A stretch of DNA of 47,166 nt from Syntrophomonadaceae bacterium (lineage in GTDB: Bacteria; Bacillota; Dethiobacteria; DTU022), in contig PWFM01000050.1 of assembly GCA_003553895.1 (NCBI GenBank), positions 1 through 47,166 on the forward strand. Direction: 5' to 3'. The notes beneath the pieces were generated by a model, which was not told the origin of the DNA, did not search any database, and saw only the letters and a program-made list of their open reading frames with translations. How positions within the stretch are numbered: the stretch's first letter is position 1; every line of letters begins with the position of its first letter. This document shows, in pieces, positions 36,997-47,166 of the stretch. The position numbers were made by a program, and so were the translations under genes.

Positions 36997-38421
36997 GTGA
37001 AACTTGATTACAACTTGAAACTTGAACAAACACAAAAATTAATAATAACTCCTGAGTTAAAACTGGCTATTACTCTCCTGCAGTATTCCGCCATGGAGCT
37101 TCAAGATCATATCCAGGAAGAGCTCGTTAACAACCCGGTACTGGAAGTTGTGGAAAACCGGGAAGATGAGAAAAACGAAGAACCTGAGGTGGAACAGGAA
37201 ACGCCGAGCCAGGAAGAGGAGATTTACGGAAATGATTTTCCCTGGGAAGAGTATTTTAAAGATATGGGCCTTGATTCAACTGCCGAAAGAGGCGGAAGCA
37301 CTACCCATGTTACTGAAAACCGGCCTACGGTTGAAAACTGTGCCGGCATGACCGGTACAATGCTTGAAGATCTACTCAGCCAGCTGCGAATGTTTTCTCT
37401 TACCGACCGTCAGTATAGGCTGGCTGCTTTTCTCGCCGGCAATCTTGATCGGAATGGTTACTTGCAGGGAGAACTGGAAGAACTGGCGCCGGTTTTGGGA
37501 GTTAAAGAGGAGGAGCTGGAAGAAGCTCTCAAAGTGGTGCAGAAGCTGGAACCGACCGGCATCGGTTGCCGCAACTTGCAGGAATGTCTGCTTCTTCAAA
37601 TCCTCAAAATGGACGCCCCACCTGATCTGGCTGTGGAGATTGTTAACCATTACCTTCCGGCAGCTGCGGACGGCAGATACCATTATATCGCTTCCCAATT
37701 AAATTGCGATGAAAAAGCTATAGAGGAAGCAGTTGCCTTCATCCGGACCCTCAATCCTAAACCCGGCAGTGTTTACGGAGAGGGAGAGGAAACCCGTTAC
37801 ATCGTTCCCGATGTAGTGGTTGAAAAAGTTGAAGACCAATATGTAGTGATCGGTAATGAGGCCAGTATGCCCCAGCTGACGATCAGCCCTTTTTACCAGA
37901 GAATGCTGAAAAGCGATTCTATAGATGAGCAACTCTTTACTTTTGTTAAAAATAAGATCGAAAAAGCCCACTGGTTAATCAGGAGTATCGAGCAGCGAAG
38001 AGCCACCCTCTTCAAAGTAACTCAGCAGATTGTCGATATCCAGAAGCCGTTTCTCCTGAATGGCATCAAGAGCCTGAAACCTTTAACTTTAAAGGAGGTA
38101 GCCCAAAATGTGGGGGTCCATGAGTCGACGGTAAGCCGGGCTGCCGCCAATAAATATATACAGACTCCCCGCGGTCTCTTTCCCCTGAAGTTTTTCTTTA
38201 CCAGTGGATTAGGCGGATCGGATGGCAGTGATCATTCCGCTCCGAGTATTAAAACGCACATCCGCGAAATTGTAGATTCTGAAACTCCGGCCAAACCTTT
38301 AAGCGACCAACGCCTGGCTGAAGTCCTGAGCGGTAAGGGTATTCAAATTTCGAGGCGGACTGTAGCCAAGTACAGGGAAGAACTTTCCATTCCGCCTTCC
38401 TATAAACGCCGCCAAACTTAA
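36997..38421 (+). CDS. rpoN: RNA polymerase sigma-54 factor
   Basis: 474 aa. The N-terminal region I is LEQTQKLIITPELKLAITLLQ, followed by an acidic region II. The C-terminal RpoN box is SRRTVAKYREEL. Confidence 0.93.
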   Translation: MKLDYNLKLEQTQKLIITPELKLAITLLQYSAMELQDHIQEELVNNPVLEVVENREDEKNEEPEVEQETPSQEEEIYGNDFPWEEYFKDMGLDSTAERGGSTTHVTENRPTVENCAGMTGTMLEDLLSQLRMFSLTDRQYRLAAFLAGNLDRNGYLQGELEELAPVLGVKEEELEEALKVVQKLEPTGIGCRNLQECLLLQILKMDAPPDLAVEIVNHYLPAAADGRYHYIASQLNCDEKAIEEAVAFIRTLNPKPGSVYGEGEETRYIVPDVVVEKVEDQYVVIGNEASMPQLTISPFYQRMLKSDSIDEQLFTFVKNKIEKAHWLIRSIEQRRATLFKVTQQIVDIQKPFLLNGIKSLKPLTLKEVAQNVGVHESTVSRAAANKYIQTPRGLFPLKFFFTSGLGGSDGSDHSAPSIKTHIREIVDSETPAKPLSDQRLAEVLSGKGIQISRRTVAKYREELSIPPSYKRRQT

Positions 38422-38442
38422 TCTTCGGGATGGTGATACCAG

Positions 38443-39627
38443 TTGAGGCAGAAAAAAAGCATAGAAGATATTGATCTGCAGGAAAAATTAGTGTTGGTGC
38501 GGGCCGATTTTAATGTTCCCCTGGATGATGGCAGAGTCCGTGATGATGCCCGGATTCGGGCCGTGTTGCCGACCCTGGAATACTTGCTTGCCCGAGGGGC
38601 GCGCCTGGTTCTGGCTTCTCATTTAGGAAGGCCTAAAGGAAGGTCGGTCCCCGGTTTGAAAATGGACCCTGTAGCCGAAAGGTTGGGTGAATTGCTGGGC
38701 AAGCCGGTCCAAAAAATCGATCGAGTGGTCGGCCCCGAAGTGTTAAGCGCTGTCAAGGAGTTGGGTAGCGGAGAAATCCTGCTGTTGGAGAACCTGCGTT
38801 TTGAAAAAGGTGAAGAAAGCAATGACCGGGATTTTGCCAGGCAGTTGGCTGAACCGGTAGATATTTTTGTAAATGACGCTTTTGGCACCGCCCACCGGGC
38901 CCATGCTTCAACGGCGGGGGTGGCCGAGTTTGTTCCAGCCGTAGCCGGGTTGTTGATGAAAAAAGAGATTGAAGAGCTGTCTCGCTGTCTGGAAAACCCA
39001 CAGCGCCCCCTGACCGCAATATTGGGCGGGGCCAAAGTTTCGGATAAAATCAATGTTATGAAGCGCTTCTTACAGCTGGCCGATCACCTCTTAATCGGGG
39101 GCGGGATGGCTAATACGTTCCTTGCTGCCCTGGGTTACAGCCTGGGCAGTTCATTTTATGAGAAAGATTTGTTGGATAAAGCTTCATCAATAATAAGAGA
39201 AAGTGAAGAAAGCGGCTGCCGCCTGGTTTTGCCCACCGACCTGGTAGTGGCACGTGAACTTGAGCCGGGCAGCGATTCGAAGGTCCTAAAACCGGAAGAT
39301 ATTGATGGTGATTGGAAAGCGGTCGACATCGGCCCTGAAACTGTTAAAGATTTTGGAACTTTTATTTCCCGATCCGCTATGATTGTATGGAACGGGCCGC
39401 TTGGCGTTTTCGAGGTTCCACCTTTTGATCAGGGGACCAGGCAGGTCGCAGGCGAAATGGCTGCCAGTGAGGCTTATTCTATAGTCGGTGGAGGAGACCT
39501 GGTTGCGGCTCTTGAAGCGCTGGGCCTGACAGGGAATATCGGATTCATATCTACAGGTGGGGGGGCCACTCTGGAATTCTGGGAAGGCAAAGATCTCCCT
39601 GGGATTCAGGCGCTACAGGACAAATAA
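38443..39627 (+). CDS. pgk: phosphoglycerate kinase
   Basis: 394 aa. Motifs are RADFNVPL and SHLGRPKG. The TTG start lies 22 nt after the rpoN stop. Confidence 0.96.
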   Translation: MRQKKSIEDIDLQEKLVLVRADFNVPLDDGRVRDDARIRAVLPTLEYLLARGARLVLASHLGRPKGRSVPGLKMDPVAERLGELLGKPVQKIDRVVGPEVLSAVKELGSGEILLLENLRFEKGEESNDRDFARQLAEPVDIFVNDAFGTAHRAHASTAGVAEFVPAVAGLLMKKEIEELSRCLENPQRPLTAILGGAKVSDKINVMKRFLQLADHLLIGGGMANTFLAALGYSLGSSFYEKDLLDKASSIIRESEESGCRLVLPTDLVVARELEPGSDSKVLKPEDIDGDWKAVDIGPETVKDFGTFISRSAMIVWNGPLGVFEVPPFDQGTRQVAGEMAASEAYSIVGGGDLVAALEALGLTGNIGFISTGGGATLEFWEGKDLPGIQALQDK

Positions 39628-39710
39628 TAATTGATTCACTATGTCAATGTTACCGGTGTTTGTAACAGGCCCTGATATCTGGGATTCGAAATTACTGGGG
39701 AGGTCTGATT

Positions 39711-40474
39711 ATGGAGATGATAATTGCTGCCAACTGGAAAATGCATAAAAAAACAGGCGATACGGCTGAATTTTGCCGAGCTATTTTGAAAGACCAACAG
39801 CTGTTTAAAGGTGTGGAAGTGTTGATATGCCCGCCCTATACTTCCCTGCCTCTAGCGGCGGAGTTCTTAAACGACAGTTCTTTGAAGTTGGGGGCCCAGG
39901 ATTTGCATTGGGAACAGGAAGGCGCTTTTACCGGTGAAATAGCGGGTCCTATGCTTGCCGACCTGGGAGTTGAATATGTCATTATAGGTCATTCGGAGCG
40001 CAGGCACATTATCGGCGAAAGCAATAACCGGATCAGGTCTAAGGTTAAAGCAGCCCTTGAGGCGGGGCTTAAACCAATCCTCTGCGTAGGTGAAACCGAG
40101 GCGGAAAGGGAACAGGGATCGGCCAATAGCGTGATCAGCGAGCAGCTGCTCGCCGCTCTGGAAGGTTTGGCGCCCGGCGATATGGAGGAGCTGGTTATAG
40201 CTTATGAACCGGTCTGGGCCATAGGCACCGGTAAGGCTGCCCAACCCGGAGATGCCGATGCAGCATGTTCATTTATTCGTGAGGTTTTACAAAACGCTGC
40301 CGGCCCAGAACGGGCCCAAAAAATTCGCATTCAGTATGGGGGCAGCGTGAAAGTTGATAATATCGGTTCATTTGTTGAGTTTGCCTCTATTCAGGGCGCG
40401 CTGGTAGGCGGCGCCAGCATGCAGCCAGATTCCTTTAGCGCCTTGATTCAGGCGGCTCGAAAGGCGGTCCAGAA

Positions 40475-40478
<4 letters not shown>
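39711..40478 (+). CDS. tpiA: triosephosphate isomerase
   Basis: Motifs are AANWKMH, IGHSERR and AYEPVWAIGTG. Confidence 0.96.
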
Positions 40479-43298
<2,820 letters not shown>

Positions 43299-43313
43299 AT
43301 CGTTAAAATAAAT

Positions 43314-43342
43314 TTGTCAAAGCCTTTATTATATGTTAAAAT
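43314..43342 (+). promoter_or_regulatory. candidate sigma-A promoter for secG
   Basis: TTGTCA (43314-43319), 17-nt spacer, TAAAAT (43337-43342). Confidence 0.5.
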
Positions 43343-43382
43343 ATCGTGTGTTTAGCTTACAGTGATTATTGGTGGAGGTTTT

Positions 43383-43607
43383 ATGATGATCGAGACCGTA
43401 GTTAATATTATTTACCTGGTTTTATGTATCGCTCTTATCGCAACCGTGCTGTTACAGTCGGGCCGTAGCGCGGGTCTCGGCGCTATTGCCGGTGGCGCCC
43501 AATCCCTGGTCGGGAAAAAGAAAGGGCTTGATGAAACACTGAGCAAAGTTACCCAGTACCTGGCGATTGGGTTTATGCTTTTTACAATTATCATGGTAGT
43601 TGTTTAA
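43383..43607 (+). CDS. secG: preprotein translocase subunit SecG
   Basis: 74 aa with two TMs. Has the LLQSGRSAGLG motif. The ATG at 43383 lies after GGTGGAGG. Confidence 0.85.
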   Translation: MMIETVVNIIYLVLCIALIATVLLQSGRSAGLGAIAGGAQSLVGKKKGLDETLSKVTQYLAIGFMLFTIIMVVV

Positions 43608-43629
43608 ACAGTCCTGTATTATATTTTAA

Positions 43630-45888
43630 TTGCCGGCAGGGAGCTCTACGGCCCCTGCCTTTTCATTTTCGCCCCTCAATCGGGGCCCTTGCTACCAGGA
43701 GCGAGAAAGGAGTTGTATACAAGTTTTTAAAAAACATAAAAATACAGCCGGAATCCTGAGAGATAAAATCCTTGATCTGCTCCAAAGAAACCGCCGGCAA
43801 TCGCTTTCCTTAAAGCAAATCCTGGGTGGTCTCGAAATGGATAAAAACGATAAAAGCATCGTTAAAGCGGAACTAAAAAAAATGAGTAACGAAGGGCTAG
43901 TGATCAGGACTGAAGGCGACCGCTATGGTCTGCCCGAGAAGCTGGGCATACTGACCGGTGTCCTGGAAGGGAATCGGCGTGGTTTTGCTTTTCTGCGCCC
44001 CGATCAGCATCGTGAAGATATCTATATCAGTTCCAGGAACCTTAATGAAGCGGCCCACGGTGACAGGGTCATGGTCAAGCTGGATCGTAAAAAGGGCCGG
44101 AGAAAAAGGGAAGGGACTGTGATCGGAATCCTTAAGCGGGGCCAAAAGCGGCTTGTCGGCACCCTGCAGCGGGAAGGAAAAAGGTATTATGTCCTTCCCG
44201 ATGATCTACGATTCCCGGGGCCGGTTCAGGTGCCGCTGAAAGGGATGACGGAAGCCGAGGTAGGAGATAAAGTGGTGGTTGAAATAGAAAGGTGGGCCCG
44301 GGGCAAGATGCCGGCCCGGGGCAAGCTGGTTGAATACATTGGCCCGGTAGGCAGTCTTCATACAGAACAGGGGACTTTCCAGCACCGCTTTGACTTGCCC
44401 GGGGAGCATCCACCCCAGGCTCTGAAAGAGCTGGAGAACTTACCCGGGGAGAATGATATACCGCGCCTGGCTAAAGAGCAGAAGCGGGCTGATCTTAAAG
44501 CTCTTAAAATGGTAACAATCGATGATGAAACAGCTCGCGATTTTGATGATGCCGTGTCGCTGGAGATACTCAATGGAGACCTATACCGGTTGGGGGTCCA
44601 TATAGCGGATGTCTCCCAGTATGTCCGCCAGGGCAAACCGATAGACCGGGAAGCCCTGAAACGGGGAACCAGTATTTACCTGGTTGAACGGGCTATCCAC
44701 ATGCTCCCTTCCGGACTTTCGGAAAAATTGTGCAGCCTCCAGGCCGGTAAAGATCGCCTGGCGGTCAGTGTTATAATGGATATAGATGATGAAGGCAATC
44801 TTATTGAAGCCTCCTTTAAGCCCAGCCTGATCCGGGTTGATGAGCGGTTATCATACCAGCAGGTTGAATCCTACCTGTCTGGTAAGGAAGATGCGTCGGT
44901 ATTTAAAGACAAAAGCATTGCCGTAATGATTGACAGGATGACTGGACTTGCCAAAATGCTCAGGGAACGGCGCATGCGGCGTGGGAGTCTCGATCTGGAG
45001 ATCCCGGAAGCGAGGATTGAGGTGGACGAAGAAGGGGTCCCCACCAAAATCGGCAAGCGGGTCATGGGCCAGTCGGAATCGCTGATCGAAGAATTCATGA
45101 TTTACTGCAACGAAACCGTTGCCGCATACCTTGAAGAAGAGGGGTTGCCCTGTATTTATCGTATTCATGCTATCCCGCCTGATGAAAAATTGACCGCGCT
45201 TAGAGAAACCTTGAACTTGATGAATGTTAAGGCAGTTTCCAAGAAAAAGCAGTTAAAACCCAAAGACCTGAACAGATTGCTTGAGGAAACCAGAGGTGAA
45301 AAAACAGAAAAGCTGGTCCGCTACCTGGTCCTGCGCTCGCTGCCCCAGGCTATTTACAGCGCTTTTAATGAAGGGCATTTTGGGCTGGCATCAGAGTGCT
45401 ATTGTCATTTCACCTCGCCGATTCGTCGTTATCCGGACCTGGTTGTGCACCGCATCCTGAAACAGCGGCTGCTGCCGGGCGGCTACTCCAAGGAAAAGGC
45501 CAGGCGCCTGCAGTCCCGCCTGCCGGCTATCGCCCAGCAGTCCTCAGAAAGGGAACGAGCAGCTGTGGAAGCGGAGCGGGCCAGCGTTGAAATGAAAAAA
45601 GCCCAGTACATGGAGCAGAGGTTGGGCGAGGAATACACCGGGATTATAAATGGAGTTACCCACTTCGGTGTTTTTGTCGAGCTGGACAATACTGTAGAGG
45701 GAATGATCCCTGTGACAGAGTTAAGTGACGATTACTATATCTATAACGAAAAAGCGTCCAAGTTAGTTGGTGAGAGAACCGGCAATACTTATCGGCTGGG
45801 GGACAGCATTAGGATACAGGTAATCAGGGCCAGCAAAGAAGAAGGCAAAGTAACTTTTGCCCCTGCAGAAAAGGAGGAAATTGTTTAG
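43630..45888 (+). CDS. rnr: ribonuclease R (start codon uncertain)
   Basis: RNB catalytic region (HFTSPIRRYPDL), cold-shock-like domains, a C-terminal S1 domain (GIINGVTHFGVFVEL) and an N-terminal HTH-like segment ILRDKILDLLQRNRRQSLSLKQIL. The only canonical in-frame starts are the TTG at 43630, which lies inside the secG terminator region, and the ATG at 43837. Confidence 0.88.
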   Translation: MPAGSSTAPAFSFSPLNRGPCYQERERSCIQVFKKHKNTAGILRDKILDLLQRNRRQSLSLKQILGGLEMDKNDKSIVKAELKKMSNEGLVIRTEGDRYGLPEKLGILTGVLEGNRRGFAFLRPDQHREDIYISSRNLNEAAHGDRVMVKLDRKKGRRKREGTVIGILKRGQKRLVGTLQREGKRYYVLPDDLRFPGPVQVPLKGMTEAEVGDKVVVEIERWARGKMPARGKLVEYIGPVGSLHTEQGTFQHRFDLPGEHPPQALKELENLPGENDIPRLAKEQKRADLKALKMVTIDDETARDFDDAVSLEILNGDLYRLGVHIADVSQYVRQGKPIDREALKRGTSIYLVERAIHMLPSGLSEKLCSLQAGKDRLAVSVIMDIDDEGNLIEASFKPSLIRVDERLSYQQVESYLSGKEDASVFKDKSIAVMIDRMTGLAKMLRERRMRRGSLDLEIPEARIEVDEEGVPTKIGKRVMGQSESLIEEFMIYCNETVAAYLEEEGLPCIYRIHAIPPDEKLTALRETLNLMNVKAVSKKKQLKPKDLNRLLEETRGEKTEKLVRYLVLRSLPQAIYSAFNEGHFGLASECYCHFTSPIRRYPDLVVHRILKQRLLPGGYSKEKARRLQSRLPAIAQQSSERERAAVEAERASVEMKKAQYMEQRLGEEYTGIINGVTHFGVFVELDNTVEGMIPVTELSDDYYIYNEKASKLVGERTGNTYRLGDSIRIQVIRASKEEGKVTFAPAEKEEIV
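43635..43663 (+). terminator. intrinsic terminator after secG
   Basis: GGCAGGG (43635-43641) / CCCTGCC (43653-43659), followed by TTTTCATTTT. Confidence 0.65.
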
Positions 45889-46431
45889 ATGGATATTTAT
45901 GAAGCTTTGAAGGAAAGAAGAAGTGTGAGGAAATACACCTCCGATCCTGTTCCCGACTATAAGCTCAACCGCCTGCTTGAAGCAGGAAGGCTGGCTCCCT
46001 CGTGGGCCAACAAGCAGTGCTGGAGTTTTATAGTGATAAAAGATCCGGAAAAGAAAGAAAAGCTTGCTTCGGCCATGCCGAAAGACAATCCCGCCCGCAA
46101 GGCGGTTGGGGAGGTGGCCCCCGTAGTGATAGTGCTGTGCGCGGACCCGGAAGCATCCGGCAAACAGGACGGTAAAGATTATTACCTGCTCGACTCAGGG
46201 CTGGCTATGCAGCAGCTGATGCTGGCCGCTAATTCCGAAGGACTGGGCACCTGCTGGGTAGCCTGGTTCGACGAGGATACGGTTCGCCAGGCCCTTTCGG
46301 TACCGTCCGGGTACAGGGTAGTGGCCCTGACTCCTGTCGGAGTGCCGGAAAAACAACCTTCCCCGCGGCCGCGCAAAGATCTGTCCGAGATTACCTATGC
46401 TGAAGAATGGGGACGTCCATTTAACGGTTAA
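45889..46431 (+). CDS. nitroreductase-family protein
   Basis: 180 aa. Has an RRSVRKY N-terminal motif and a W-containing FMN-fold pattern. The ATG abuts the rnr stop. Confidence 0.8.
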   Translation: MDIYEALKERRSVRKYTSDPVPDYKLNRLLEAGRLAPSWANKQCWSFIVIKDPEKKEKLASAMPKDNPARKAVGEVAPVVIVLCADPEASGKQDGKDYYLLDSGLAMQQLMLAANSEGLGTCWVAWFDEDTVRQALSVPSGYRVVALTPVGVPEKQPSPRPRKDLSEITYAEEWGRPFNG

Positions 46432-46540
46432 GCTTCGGTTTTGATGATTTAGGGTGTTTTACGCTGCTCAACCCCAGCCCGTATCAGCCGGCCTTGCGAT
46501 CAGGTTTTAGCTTTTATCTGCAAATGAGGATTGAAGAGAG

Positions 46541-47005
46541 ATGGAAAAAATTATTAGTACCAACCGCAAAGCAAGACATGATTATCATATTGAAGATAGT
46601 TTTGAAGCAGGTATTGTTCTTACCGGCACTGAGGTCAAGTCTATTCGCAACAGCCGGGTTAACCTCAAGGACAGCTATGGTAAGGTTGAAGGCGGCGAAC
46701 TTTTCTTGTATAATATGCATGTAAGCCCATATGATCCGGGTAACCGATTTAATCATGAACCGGTGCGGACGCGCAAGCTGCTGATGCACAAAGCTGAGAT
46801 CGGCAGGTTGGCCGGAAAAGTGCAAGAAAAGGGCTATGCCCTGATCCCCCTGAAGATTTACTTAAGACAGGGCCTGGTTAAAGTGGAACTGGGGATGGCC
46901 AGGGGTAAGAAGAAGTACGATAAAAGGCGGGATATTGCCGAACGTGACCGGAAACGGGAAATGGAACGAGACATGAAAGACAAGGCCATTAAGGAAAAGA
47001 TATAA
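46541..47005 (+). CDS. smpB: SsrA-binding protein SmpB
   Basis: 154 aa. Motifs are NRKARHDY and GTEVKSIR, with a basic C-terminal tail. Confidence 0.95.
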   Translation: MEKIISTNRKARHDYHIEDSFEAGIVLTGTEVKSIRNSRVNLKDSYGKVEGGELFLYNMHVSPYDPGNRFNHEPVRTRKLLMHKAEIGRLAGKVQEKGYALIPLKIYLRQGLVKVELGMARGKKKYDKRRDIAERDRKREMERDMKDKAIKEKI

Positions 47006-47016
47006 GTTCCCGAAAA

Positions 47017-47166
47017 TGGGGGCGTAAGGATTCGACGAGGGTCGATGGAAGCAGAAGCTGCAAGCCCAGGACCATGACCTGGATAAAACATGGAACGGCT
47101 ATAGACGCCAAACCGAATTACGCACTCGCTGCTTAAATAAAGCAGCGCATCCCTCCTTTCCCTGGC
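47017..47166 (+). ncRNA. ssrA: tmRNA (ssrA), 5' part, truncated by the window end
   Basis: Starts GGGGGCGTAAGGATTCGACGAGGG, the tRNA-like 5' acceptor/D region. A tag reading frame GCC AAA CCG AAT TAC GCA CTC GCT GCT TAA (47107-47136) encodes AKPNYALAA. It lies directly downstream of smpB. Confidence 0.9.

Overview
This 47-kb window looks like conserved chromosomal backbone of a Firmicute, probably Clostridia-like. Almost every gene is on the + strand and intergenic spacers are short.

Gene content, in order:
- tRNA-Thr(CGU), then a small accessory-looking block: an orphan single-CBS ORF, a DUF1049-type small membrane protein, a fold-type-III PLP racemase, a UPF0173 metallo-hydrolase, and a convergent DDAH/arginine-deiminase-fold enzyme.
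- A MoxR(CoxD-like)/VWA(CoxE-like)/CooC-like trio, a phosphoribosyltransferase and fabZ.
- A SAM-I riboswitch with metK.
- recD2-comFC, hpf, an unknown 371-aa protein, secA, and prfB with its +1 frameshift.
- A yitT-like gene, ftsEX, a coiled-coil M23 protein, an S41 peptidase and a PDZ membrane protein.
- uvrB, uvrA and uvrC, a Cof-type HAD hydrolase, and rapZ-whiA.
- rpoN-pgk-tpiA-gpmI-eno, secG, rnr, a nitroreductase, smpB, and the 5' part of tmRNA.

From memory, the order is collinear with the B. subtilis comF...ssrA region but far more compact.

I see no CRISPR array, transposase, integrase, toxin-antitoxin pair or recognisable defence gene, and I cannot support a claim of a novel multi-gene system here.

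The observations most worth a second look are:
- A triplicated 27-bp palindromic unit that fills the uvrB-uvrA spacer and overlaps the predicted uvrA -35.
- The MoxR/VWA/CooC maturation-type trio with no client enzyme visible in the window.
- The uncharacterised protein between hpf and secA, which carries a nucleotidyltransferase-like motif.
- The M23 protein next to ftsEX, whose HxH motif is degenerate.
- yvcK missing between rapZ and whiA, and cggR-gapA missing between rpoN and pgk.
- A start-codon problem in rnr.

All functional calls come from motif recognition by eye. No database search was run.
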